Under the pieces are notes generated by a model, which searched no databases, was not told the origin of the DNA, and worked only from the letters and a program-made list of their open reading frames with translations. Shown here piece after piece: positions 1 through 9,593 of a stretch of DNA of 64,000 nt. Position 1 is the first letter of the stretch, and each line of letters opens with the position of its first letter. Source of the stretch: Auanema rhodensis (taxonomy: Eukaryota; Animalia; Nematoda); NCBI GenBank assembly GCA_964057225.1, contig OZ059894.1, positions 10,912,001 through 10,976,000 of the forward strand, given 5' to 3'. Made by a program: the position numbers and the translations under genes.

Positions 1-257
1 AAAAAAACCAAAAAATTATTGTGGTTCAAATTGTGTTTTCAACGTATTTTTAATATGTTTTTAGTTTTTGCTTAATATGGATGTCAACATCTTTCTGAAA
101 ATATTTTTTTTACATGTTTTTATATTTTAAACATTATTATTATTATTCATCTAAAGTGCAATCAGTTTTGGTAACGATCCAAGAAAGTTATATCAATTTA
201 CAGAAAAGGCTATATCTTTTTGTCCGCTACTGTATATACATTACCAGTATAGTAATA

Positions 258-512
258 GAACACATATTGAAGATTAATTCGATAAGAACAATTTATTGAC
301 GTAGAGAATGTTTGTTCCGAAAAACTACAATATTAAACTATAAAAGTAACAAAAGCGTAGAGGCAGCAAAGACATGAATAAACATAAATGTAAATACAGA
401 ATTACCAGGTAGTACATAAGTATGACAAAAAATTATAAGAAAGCCATGAAAATAGAAGGTTTGTGAACAAATGAGAGGTACATCTTTGATCGTATAGTCA
501 TTTCTAAACCGT
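258..512 (-). pseudogene. Fossil U2-targeting retrotransposon 3' UTR (family B-like) joined to a decayed U2 fragment; part of the array spacer
   Basis: 294-512 aligns with the 3' UTR of the element at 49685-49900 (ttattgacgtagagaatgtt...actacaatattaaactataaaagtaac...tttgtgaacaaatgaga); 258-293 is a degenerate U2 nt 39-74. Confidence 0.85.
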
Positions 513-608
513 TCGTATGCTGCAGCATCGTCATAAGCGTCACTCAAGTTGAATTTCCATGTGTACTACACGATTTTCATTCTTATTGTTACATTCTTTC
601 CCTGAGGG

Positions 609-756
609 AATGGGCCGTTCCCGCCAGCAGTGCAAGAGCGGGTCGACCCGTGAGGTGGAGCTAGCAAGCCAGCATCTACCTCAAGTCTCAAAAATCGGTT
701 AACCTTATTGTGAACCAATGGAACACATATCGAAGGTTAATTCGATAAGAACGATT
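609..756 (-). ncRNA. U2: U2 snRNA 3' part (nt 39 to ~186), gene interrupted by an insertion
   Basis: Reverse complement of 46379-46526; contains Sm site GATTTTTGA and the stem-loop IV loop TTGCACT. Confidence 0.95.
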
Positions 757-1662
757 TATTGAAGTAGGAAATGTTTTGCCCCGTAGGACTACAAGTAAAT
801 ATTATCTAGCACAAGGCTATTAGAGAATGATAAGATACTACCTGCACTAAGTGCGTCGCATCGTAAAGGGAAAAAAAATTAAACAATGGGAGTTTAACAG
901 CATGAAATTGAGAGAAAAGACATATCCGAGTGTGAATAAAATTACGGGTGAACGGAACATGGAGTACGAGAGACATACAAAACGAGACTAAGTGAAAAGA
1001 AAAAGTCTTGTATCACGTTCATGAAGGTTCGACGGATCCGGTAAGAAGCTGCGGGTTCAGAAGGTCAGCTTTCATCTCGTAGTCGTGGCGCATCAGGAAT
1101 TTGTGAAGCTTTCCGGCTTTGCAGACGGCTGTATTGGTCCTCGTAGGATGGTGGAAGATGTTGTCGCTTAGTGATGTTACACATAAAGATATGCAAAAAT
1201 AGAACAATTCAAAGAAAAAGAGCACAATTAAAACGAGATTTGGAGAGAAGAGAAGTCTTATATCACTTTCGATGGTTCGGAAGCTCCAGTCTGCTGCTGC
1301 GGTTTAGGGGGTGCAACTGGCATGTCGGAGGCGTAGCACATCATAGGTCAAGCTTGCTGGACTCCCGGCTCGGCTGGTGGCTGTGAGTTTTCCTTGTGCT
1401 TGTTCTCGGTGGTGGTCCCTGGGCTGTCTCTTCACCAAAAATTACTATACTAATTGCACATTTCATTTAAACGACCCATTTCAGAAGCTTTAAGAGGAAA
1501 AGCTACAATTAGCATAGGACCGCCTCAAGGCCTGGTGGATCATTCAATTTAGTTTCAATCGCCAAGTATAGCGGCCTGGGCCCTTGGGTCAATTCACTGA
1601 ACCAGTGTAGTATCGATTGTTCAATGGAACACATATCGAAGGTTAATTCGATAAGAACGATT
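757..1662 (-). mobile_element. Non-autonomous U2-targeting retroelement (SINE/SIDE-like), ~865 bp body plus U2-derived leader
   Basis: Inserted at U2 nt 38/39; no RT ORF; 3' terminus TTGTAGTC..CGGG..AACATT..CTAC.TCAATAA matches the family B 3' terminus; 5' end carries U2 nt 39-79. Confidence 0.8.
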
Positions 1663-1700
1663 ACTACACTTTGATCTTAGCCAAAAGGCCGAGAAGCGAT
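1622..1700 (-). ncRNA. U2: U2 snRNA 5' part (nt 1-79)
   Basis: ATCGCTTCTCGGCCTTTTGGCTAAGATCAAAGTGTAGTA... on the minus strand; upstream flank near-identical to the other U2 loci. Confidence 0.95.
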
Positions 1701-2142
1701 ACAGCATAGCCATGAGTATCAAAGACATCAAGCAAATGTATCGTACTTGTTACGAGTGCACTCTCTCATTTGAATATAAAAGTGTGGTTTGACAATCTTG
1801 ACTGTACAGGTCATAAATGGCTCATATAAACTGTGGATTTACTCAACTTTTGGACTTATTTTTTTCTTATTCGAAGCGCTGCACTTTTTTCTATTCTTTT
1901 TATTCAAATACTTGTATATAGTTTTATATGTACGGTTGCAAAGTTTCCGAATATTTTATATATTTTTATACAATAATTAGGAGAAGGTTAATACAATGAA
2001 ATCTCCCAACTTTACAGTGTTTGTATTGCTTACAGTATCTAGAACAACCACTCTTGTAATATTAGAGAACATATCAATCAACAACTTTTTCTAGTTATCA
2101 AAGCTTTTTTATTTCTTCAAGATATTTCAAATAAAATATAAA

Positions 2143-2252
2143 AGCTTACGACACCCGGGATTCCCAAGCCGTCTCCGATCCAAGTACTAACCGGGCCCAA
2201 CGTTGCTTGACTTGCCAGATCGGACGGGATGGCGTACTTTCAACGTGGTATG
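2143..2252 (-). rRNA. 5S rRNA: 5S rRNA nt 10-119, split by BEL element 1
   Basis: Matches the intact 5S at 45780-45898; oligo-T Pol III terminator follows. Confidence 0.95.
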
Positions 2253-2653
2253 TTTGGGTTTTTAATGTTCCCAATGACGAGCGTCTATACTCGGTTGTTC
2301 CCCGGTTAATGGGGATAATATGAGTTAGTGGCGAATCCAAACAGTTAGTTAAATGAGAAAGGTTTATTATAAGATCGGTATAAGTTCAGTGGTAGAATTA
2401 AATTAAGAGTGAGAGTGAAGGTTTCTTGGGCTTTATATATGATTTAGCTTGAAGGTGATATTTGATATTTGAATACAAAGGTCAGGTCAATGTAAACTAT
2501 AGAGGTGATAAAAGTTCAATATCCTTTAAGAATGTTGCGCAAGAGGTTAATGATACAATTACAAGGTTATTAGACAATGGTTTAGAGTTTTAGAAGAGTT
2601 ATGTTTCTAGGTTAAATTATTGTATTTCATTTCTAGTCAGGCATTCGCCGACA
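2253..2653 (-). repeat. 3' LTR of BEL element 1
   Basis: Direct repeat of 9193-9593; preceded by CGCCCGGCAA where BEL elements have their polypurine tract. Confidence 0.95.
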
Positions 2654-4625
2654 TTGCCGGGCGAGGGTTGCGGTTTGAGTTTCTCACACAGCAATAAGAG
2701 AGTATAGCAGGAAGAAGTAATGATGTAAGGAATGGGGCTGCTATGTATAATAAGTATGAACCTGCAGTGATTGCAGCTACGGCAGGTACTATCCATTTCC
2801 AATTATCATGGATGACGTCGAAAAGCGGTTCCAAATTCGGGAGATTCCATGATAGTCCGGATGTTCCATTATGTAGTTTGATCGATTCTTCTGAAAAAAT
2901 GGTAGTGTCGCTTATGTAGTGTAGTCTGGTACTTTGCTGTATAATTTGTTTTGTTGCTCGTCCGCAAGTCAGAGTACAGTTTTCTTGTACTTTGGGTTCA
3001 TTGAAATATAGTTTGACCGTTGTGGCGGGATTTTGGTCAGAGCATCGTATTGTAGTAGAAAAGGAGTCGTGAAGGGGATTGAATGAAATTTCTTCGTTGG
3101 TTATTTTTGTGCAATTGTGTAAATCGTCGCAAAAGAATTCTATGTGTTTGTGCGCGTTGGGGGATCCACAAGCTTGCGCTTGGCATGTGAGATAAAAGAT
3201 TGCGAATAAGAGAGAAGGGATGTACGAAATTGTGTGCTGTTGGCGGTGTGTTTTTAATTTTTTATAGATTAGACCCCCGATAATGCAAAAAAGAGCGCAG
3301 CCTATTATTGGAGTAAGAGCTATCAAAATAGCTAAGAAAGGGTTACAATGTGGGTTGCCTATTATATGCAATAACGCAGGTGGAGGAAAATCGCAGGGGT
3401 GGGGGAGATGACAAATCTGAGTTTGCCGCCTATCTTTGTCGTAGCGAGTAACTGCTGTAGTTTTTGGAATTACAGACACTTGAAGTTGAATATCTTTTGA
3501 TTGGTTGGCTGGTAAATCATGACAGTCCCCATTAATACAAAATGTCGATGGTTTTGTTTGTGCGGGAAATAGTATATGAGAGTATGAGCAGGTGAATAAT
3601 GGCTCAGCTGTGGCGACAAAAAATAGTTGTATTAATAATAAGAATTTCATGATATTAGTCAAAAAATTCGTATTCGTATGCCTTGTGTTTGGGTGTGTTG
3701 AATAGGTGGCATGGTTAATATGTGCGGTTTTTCGCTGAGTTTCTGTGAATTCATCAAAAAGTTCTAAAGGGTATAATCGCTCTACTGGTTTTATCAATAT
3801 CTTACCGCTACCTGTTTTTATCTTGGCGGTCCGAACTACTTTGTCTGAAGAAGGAATTAGTTCGATTACCCTAGCCATATTCCAATTGTTTCTATTTGTA
3901 TGGTCCTCTTCTACAAGTACTATTTCGTTGTGATATGGGTGTCGCAAGTTATGGTGCCCCATTTTCCTTGATGCATGTGCATGCCTTAAAGTAAGAAGAT
4001 ATTCGTGTGACCATGTGTTCCAGAATGCTTCGGCTATTATTTCGATTTTCTGTAAATTTTCAAACGCTTGTTTGTTGCTTGCGATCGTGTTGGGTAGGTC
4101 GAGTCTGTCACCTAAACTGTCTACATTATCACCTGGTATGAGTATGGGGGAGCCATGAGTTAAAAAATCTGCTGGCGTTAGTGGATTCTCGTGAAAATTC
4201 TCGGAATCTGTATACGTGATGGGCCGTGAGTTCATGATTCCTTCTATTTTAATTATTGCTGTAACTAGTTGGTCTTTTTCTATTAACTTAAGTGATAGTG
4301 TTTTCACAAGTGCATTCTTTGTAATAGCAACTAATCTCTCCCAAACCCCACCAGTCCAGGGAGCGCTGGGAGTGTTGAATATCCATGTGATATTGTGATT
4401 TTGTATATAGTTGATAAAATTAGTCTGGTGTTCCCTACTATGTTCCTCTAATGTGTGAAGTATTTTGGCCGCATGAGTGAAATTGGCCCCGTTGTCTGAT
4501 CGTAGAACATGCGGTAAACCTCTCCGCGCTACAAATCGAATGAAGGCATTGATAAAAGAGTTCGAACTCATGTCATTAATTGGTTCTAAATGGACGGCTC
4601 TAATAGTAAGGCAGGTGAATATCAC
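2637..4625 (-). CDS. BEL1 integrase core/C-terminus plus internally deleted phlebovirus-like envelope (frameshifted continuation of the polyprotein)
   Basis: FTCLTIRAVHLE, RFVARRG, SDNGANF, PWTGGVWERLV; then signal peptide, Cys-rich segment and TM helices; stop codon lies inside the LTR. Confidence 0.9.
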   Translation of the reverse strand: MIFTCLTIRAVHLEPINDMSSNSFINAFIRFVARRGLPHVLRSDNGANFTHAAKILHTLEEHSREHQTNFINYIQNHNITWIFNTPSAPWTGGVWERLVAITKNALVKTLSLKLIEKDQLVTAIIKIEGIMNSRPITYTDSENFHENPLTPADFLTHGSPILIPGDNVDSLGDRLDLPNTIASNKQAFENLQKIEIIAEAFWNTWSHEYLLTLRHAHASRKMGHHNLRHPYHNEIVLVEEDHTNRNNWNMARVIELIPSSDKVVRTAKIKTGSGKILIKPVERLYPLELFDEFTETQRKTAHINHATYSTHPNTRHTNTNFLTNIMKFLLLIQLFFVATAEPLFTCSYSHILFPAQTKPSTFCINGDCHDLPANQSKDIQLQVSVIPKTTAVTRYDKDRRQTQICHLPHPCDFPPPALLHIIGNPHCNPFLAILIALTPIIGCALFCIIGGLIYKKLKTHRQQHTISYIPSLLFAIFYLTCQAQACGSPNAHKHIEFFCDDLHNCTKITNEEISFNPLHDSFSTTIRCSDQNPATTVKLYFNEPKVQENCTLTCGRATKQIIQQSTRLHYISDTTIFSEESIKLHNGTSGLSWNLPNLEPLFDVIHDNWKWIVPAVAAITAGSYLLYIAAPFLTSLLLPAILSYCCVRNSNRNPRPAMSANA

Positions 4626-7600
4626 AACGTATATGCTGATTTTTTCTGAATTTTATGGGACCTATGCAATCAAGGCCTGTATGTCTAAATGGCATAGCTC
4701 TCGTCACTCTGTCCTCCGGTAACGGGGCAAAGCATTCTATTGAAAATGGGTTACTTAGAGTCTTTTGACATGGCACACATCTTTTTATTATTGATTTGCA
4801 TACTTGTCTAGCCGCTGTCATGAAGAACCTTGTCATAAAGAGGTACAGTAATTGGCTAACTCCGGCATGACCATTCGTCCTGTGTAGGAACATAAGAATG
4901 AGTTTACCTAAAGTAGATTTTTTGGGAAGAAGATATGGAAACTTAGTTTTTGTTGGAAGTGATGAATTGGTGAACCGAGTCTGTATGCAGATTAGTCCAT
5001 TCCCATCCTGTTTTAATCGAAATTGTTTTTTATATGAATTTGAAAGATGAGTCTGAGCTTCTTTTATAAGCAGTATCTCAGCGGTTGTGTTAATAAACTG
5101 GGATACTTGCCATTCTGTTGTTGCTGCTTTTAATAAATATGATGTTGGCGTTTTGTTGCGTTTGCCTAAAAAATACAGTGCGGCTTTTAAAACTAATCCA
5201 GCGATTCTGCGTAACTTGAAGTATGAGCTGAAGCGGCTGGGATCTAAAAGATTGTCTAATACAGGATTGTTTGTGGTGACTGGTAGTATAAGCATTGAAG
5301 GTTCTTCTTCTTCTAAAGGTGCTCTGAATTCCTTTGCTGGTTTATCGTTCTTATTTAATAGCCACTCAGGAGAAAAAAGCCATTTGTCCTTAAGAAGGGC
5401 AATATCAGTGGTGCCTCTAGTGCCTATGTCTGCCGGATTATGATCCGTGTCCACGTAGTGATACGTTATATTGGCTCCTTTTAGCTCTAATTTTCTTGCA
5501 ATTTGGTCAGTATTCTGGCGTAAATTGCTTACGAACACAGGTATATTCTTTTTAGTGAACAGCCAAGATAAAGCTATCTGGCTGTCGGAAGCGATGTTGA
5601 TGGAGACCTCATGTGTTGGTAAATTGTTGTATATGGTTTCGGCCATTTTCATACCCATGAGAATCGCAGACATTTCCAAACGTGGAATTGTCAATGTTCT
5701 GTTTTTTGGAGCTAATTTAATCTTACCCATGACCAGGGGACTCCGTGTTGTAGGTGATGTGCAGAAGGCACATGCAGCAATAGCTAGTACACTAGCGTCT
5801 ACAAATATCCAAATCTCTCGGCATTCTGATGTATCTGTCAGCTTTCGTGGAATCTGAATCGTAGCTGTTCCTATTTTATTACTCACTGTATTCCAGCTAT
5901 TGACCACATCGCTTGGCACTTGTTCTTTCCAGTCTATAGACCCATTCATTACTTGGCGTAGTAGTAGTTTGAAATGCAGTAAAAGGGGAGCCGCTACTCC
6001 TAAAGGGTCGTAAACACTGTGAAGACTGCTGAGTAGATCTCGTTTTGTGAATGAGTTCTGAGTGCGTAGTTGACAGTTTATCGAAAAAATGTCTTTATCT
6101 GAATAATGTTTAATGCCTAATATTTTTGGGTTCAGATCTGGATGTTTATCCTTGTCTGGTACGGTTGAGTTGAAGTTGGTGTAGTTGCTATAATACTCTC
6201 TTATGTTCATAGATATTCGAGAAAAAATCTGCTTAGATTCTTCATATATGCTATGTAAATCTTCTGAACTGTTTGTCGTGTAGAAGATATTGTCCACATA
6301 TAGGTACCGTAGGGTTTCCGGAACTAAGTGCGACTCTAGGCTTTGCAAGAATGCGTAGAGTGACATATTCAGTATGGACGGACTGTCTGTTATGCCAAAC
6401 GCCAGTCGGTTAAATCTTAATTCTAAAATGTTATCTGGAGTGGTACCTTTGTGAGGATCGCGTAACCAGAGAAAGCGGCAGAGATCTTTATGATCATTAG
6501 TTATCCTTATTTGGGTGAAGGCACCCTCAATATCGCACATGAGGAAGTACTTTTTGATCCGTATCCCTATCAGAATATCTATGATTTTATTGTTAAAACT
6601 TTCACCTGTTTCCGTAACATCATTTAATGAGAGTTGGCCTTTTTGCTTTGCTGAAGCGTTAAACACAACCCTCAGCGGTTTGCTCTTGTTGGGCTTCCAT
6701 ACCCCTCTATGCGGCATGTAGTAGAGCAAAGAGTTCTCTGAAGTAAGAGGAACTTGTTCCACCACACCTTCCTCTATATATCGCATAATGGTTTGATGAT
6801 AGTGTTGTAGCTGGTTATGTTCCTCTTTGAGAGATTTCTGTAATCTGTTTAGAGTGGCTAATGCCATGCTTCGATTGGATTGAATTTTTGTGGCGTTTGA
6901 TTTAAGAGGTAAGGGAGCCATAACAAAACCCTTGTCGAATTTTATTAGCGAAGTATATTCATTGAAGAATAGCTCCGATCGGTTCAAGGCTCCTTCGTGT
7001 GGAGAAATTCCTAAGTTATCTATTTCAAAAAGTTGTTTAATCATAACGTCTTCTGGTATCACAGGGTTAACAATAAGTGTATTTATGGCTGCGATATTAT
7101 CGTTCGGTATTTGCTTACCGTAAATACAGGGTCCAATCTGGGTATGTTTGACTTTCAATCCCGATGGAAGTATAGTAGGTTTGGTATCATGTATGATTGT
7201 ATCACACCAATCCATACCTAGCAAAATATCGGGAATGAATAATTCACCATCCACCAATTGGTTAGTAATGGTTATATTAGATTGTTCTAGAGCTTCTTTG
7301 TCTTTTAGAGAAAGTTGACAGCTCTTTAGTTTTCCTGTGAGAGGTTTGGGTGAGGTGAGGAGCGTAAGTATGATATTTTTTCCAAATGGAGTTCTTAAAC
7401 TTGCTTCGACCGTTAAAGAATTAAATGCCTCACAGCTCCCGGAGAAACCGGTTGCTGTGATTAATTGGGAATTTAAAGTTTTGAGCTGGCATTCTTTGGC
7501 TGCCGGCTCGTAAATGAAGCTTTGAGTTGCTCCAGGGTCGAAAAACAATATTTTGGTGTGGAACTTACCTGTATGGGGGTTAAAAATTGATACTTTAGAA

Positions 7601-8946
7601 GTCATAAGATATGCGGGCGAAGGTGGAGTGTGAGTTGATTGCGAAATAGAGCAATTGATACCCATGGTTGCTTTTTTATTAGATGATTTTGATGAAGCAG
7701 GAGGGAGACAAAGAGATGGGTGATGATCTCTATTACATATTTTACATTTATCAAAGGTACACTTAGTGCTAGTGTGTGTAGGACTGAAACAAATCCAGCA
7801 CCTGTTTTTTTGTTTTATTATGTCTCTCCTCTGTTGAGGATTATGTATGGTTAAACATTTTGCGGATCGATGTCCGTTTTGGTCACAAAATACGCATGGG
7901 CGTTCGGTTTTCGTAACAGTTGTAATATGTGAGTTATGTTTCAAGGGAGAAATTGAATTAGTTTGAGCATGGTATTGCGGGATAAAAGGAGATTTAGAAG
8001 AATAAATTGAAAAATTTTCCATTGAGTCGGCCGTTTCCTCAATGTTTCTTAGTAGTTGTTTTATAGAGGTTGCCCTAGATGATCTCCAACAGAGCATATT
8101 GATGATATCAATAGGAAATTTAGTTGTGATAAGTTTGACCCAAACGGGGTCTTCAGAATTATAAAGTGTATCAGTCTCAAGCTGATCAAGAAGTGCTCTG
8201 ATTTCATTCACGCGAGATCTAACTGACATGGGGTCATTTTTTGCAGGAGGTAATTTCACCAGTTCATCATGAATACGGTAATCAACTTTTAGTTTTGGTG
8301 CGTAAGTGGTTTTAAGAGTAGATATAATACGTTCATACGCAGTGCCATCTAATGGTTTATTTTCAAGATGAACTCGTGCTGAACCTTTAAGAGCTTCAGC
8401 TAAATAAATGCTTTTTTGCCTATTATTGAGGTCAGGGTCTTGGTGAATGAGCGTTTTAAATTGTCTCCAAAATGTCGGAAAGGTTTTGTTATCTCCATTG
8501 AATGTGGGTATGGAAAGTTGAGGTGGTTTCAAAAGTAATTTGCTAATGTTCGTTTTCGAAATGCGCGGTGATGTAAAAAGGGTTGTATGCGGTGCGGTAA
8601 GTGCTAGTTCGGTCTCATCGTCTGAGTCCGGGATCGAGTGTGCGCCAGCAACTTTAGTTTCGAGCTCAAACAGTTTTTTGTTTGCTCTTTCTATAGTTGC
8701 GGCATGTTGGTTTGTTAAATTATTTATACGATTATTAAATTCCAAAAGAAAAGGGTCTATTTGAAGTGAAGCTATGGTAGCTAAATTGGATTCGTGAAAG
8801 CGAAGCTGTTCAAGAGTGTTGTTAATGTCGGAAAAAAGAGAGAATTGTTCCTCACTTTGTTTGTTTTCCAAAAGGCTCTCTAGTTTTTCAAAAGTTTGAA
8901 CGAAACTTTGGAATTTTGTATTAAAAACCGTTTCGATACGGTCCAT
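4600..8946 (-). CDS. BEL1 Gag-protease-RT-RNase H-integrase N-terminus
   Basis: Three CCHC knuckles (CVFC..H..C, CWIC..H..C, CKIC..H..C), FDPGATQSFI protease, CDIEGAF and YVDN RT, VDAS/IPRLE/NPAD RNase H, HHCC. Confidence 0.95.
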   Translation of the reverse strand: MDRIETVFNTKFQSFVQTFEKLESLLENKQSEEQFSLFSDINNTLEQLRFHESNLATIASLQIDPFLLEFNNRINNLTNQHAATIERANKKLFELETKVAGAHSIPDSDDETELALTAPHTTLFTSPRISKTNISKLLLKPPQLSIPTFNGDNKTFPTFWRQFKTLIHQDPDLNNRQKSIYLAEALKGSARVHLENKPLDGTAYERIISTLKTTYAPKLKVDYRIHDELVKLPPAKNDPMSVRSRVNEIRALLDQLETDTLYNSEDPVWVKLITTKFPIDIINMLCWRSSRATSIKQLLRNIEETADSMENFSIYSSKSPFIPQYHAQTNSISPLKHNSHITTVTKTERPCVFCDQNGHRSAKCLTIHNPQQRRDIIKQKNRCWICFSPTHTSTKCTFDKCKICNRDHHPSLCLPPASSKSSNKKATMGINCSISQSTHTPPSPAYLMTSKVSIFNPHTGKFHTKILFFDPGATQSFIYEPAAKECQLKTLNSQLITATGFSGSCEAFNSLTVEASLRTPFGKNIILTLLTSPKPLTGKLKSCQLSLKDKEALEQSNITITNQLVDGELFIPDILLGMDWCDTIIHDTKPTILPSGLKVKHTQIGPCIYGKQIPNDNIAAINTLIVNPVIPEDVMIKQLFEIDNLGISPHEGALNRSELFFNEYTSLIKFDKGFVMAPLPLKSNATKIQSNRSMALATLNRLQKSLKEEHNQLQHYHQTIMRYIEEGVVEQVPLTSENSLLYYMPHRGVWKPNKSKPLRVVFNASAKQKGQLSLNDVTETGESFNNKIIDILIGIRIKKYFLMCDIEGAFTQIRITNDHKDLCRFLWLRDPHKGTTPDNILELRFNRLAFGITDSPSILNMSLYAFLQSLESHLVPETLRYLYVDNIFYTTNSSEDLHSIYEESKQIFSRISMNIREYYSNYTNFNSTVPDKDKHPDLNPKILGIKHYSDKDIFSINCQLRTQNSFTKRDLLSSLHSVYDPLGVAAPLLLHFKLLLRQVMNGSIDWKEQVPSDVVNSWNTVSNKIGTATIQIPRKLTDTSECREIWIFVDASVLAIAACAFCTSPTTRSPLVMGKIKLAPKNRTLTIPRLEMSAILMGMKMAETIYNNLPTHEVSINIASDSQIALSWLFTKKNIPVFVSNLRQNTDQIARKLELKGANITYHYVDTDHNPADIGTRGTTDIALLKDKWLFSPEWLLNKNDKPAKEFRAPLEEEEPSMLILPVTTNNPVLDNLLDPSRFSSYFKLRRIAGLVLKAALYFLGKRNKTPTSYLLKAATTEWQVSQFINTTAEILLIKEAQTHLSNSYKKQFRLKQDGNGLICIQTRFTNSSLPTKTKFPYLLPKKSTLGKLILMFLHRTNGHAGVSQLLYLFMTRFFMTAARQVCKSIIKRCVPCQKTLSNPFSIECFAPLPEDRVTRAMPFRHTGLDCIGPIKFRKNQHIRCDIHLPYY

Positions 8947-9178
8947 TTTTTCTTTTTCGGGTCGAAAGTGGATTATTTTGGAATTTCTTAGTAGAATGAT
9001 TGCAAAATGAACAGTTTCAACTGTTTAAAGTATGTTGGTTTATAAAAAAAAAAAATTTTTTTTTTTGATAAAGAGAACGAGATGGAAAGGAGGAAAATGT
9101 GGAGAAGAGTGAGATGGAAAGTATGAAAAAAAAGGAAAAAATATGATAAGAAAGTTTCTAACAATTAATACCTGGTTT

Positions 9179-9191
9179 GGTCGTTGCACCA
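9179..9191 (-). promoter_or_regulatory. Primer binding site of BEL1 (tRNA-Gly-like, imperfect)
   Basis: TGGTGCAACGACC, 1 nt after the 5' LTR. Confidence 0.7.
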
Positions 9192-9192
9192 A

Positions 9193-9593
9193 TTTGGGTT
9201 TTTAATGTTCCCAATGACGAGCGTCTATACTCGGTTGTTCCCCGGTTAATGGGGATAATATGAGTTAGTGGCGAATCCAAACAGTTAGTTAAATGAGAAA
9301 GGTTTATTATAAGATCGGTATAAGTTCAGTGGTAGAATTAAATTAAGAGTGAGAGTGAAGGTTTCTTGGGCTTTATATATGATTTAGCTTGAAGGTGATA
9401 TTTGATATTTGAATACAAAGGTCAGGTCAATGTAAACTATAGAGGTGATAAAAGTTCAATATCCTTTAAGAATGTTGCGCAAGAGGTTAATGATACAATT
9501 ACAAGGTTATTAGACAATGGTTTAGAGTTTTAGAAGAGTTATGTTTCTAGGTTAAATTATTGTATTTCATTTCTAGTCAGGCATTCGCCGACA
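9193..9593 (-). repeat. 5' LTR of BEL element 1
   Basis: Direct repeat of 2253-2653, starts TGTCGGCG. Confidence 0.95.

Larger units (their letters stand above)
2253..9593 (-). mobile_element. BEL/Pao (Belpaoviridae) LTR retrotransposon 1, inserted in a 5S gene
   Basis: Two 401-bp LTRs that look identical; 5-bp TSD GTATG (2248-2252 and 9594-9598); Gag-Pol-Env ORFs. Confidence 0.95.

Noticed and set aside
1-232. Possible gene or array boundary at the window start (ORF 114-299)
   Set aside because: AT-rich sequence with no recognisable motif; the ORF runs into the repeat; too little context
338-547. Repeated short ORFs (MSDAY..., MTILT..., MRKCS...) found several times
   Set aside because: They recur only because they lie in the non-coding array spacer or fossil UTR; non-ATG starts and no protein motifs
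1440-1621. HDV-like self-cleaving ribozyme at the element 5' ends, as in R2
   Set aside because: I could not assemble the nested double pseudoknot by eye; a descriptor or covariance search is needed
2248-2253. Reading BEL1 as TG...CA with a 3-bp TSD
   Set aside because: The 5' LTR lacks that CA; the two bases belong to a perfect 5-bp TSD (GTATG)
4600-4660. Programmed frameshift between the BEL1 ORFs
   Set aside because: The break is in the middle of integrase next to A-runs, and BEL3 is continuous there; more likely a 1-nt mutation or sequencing error
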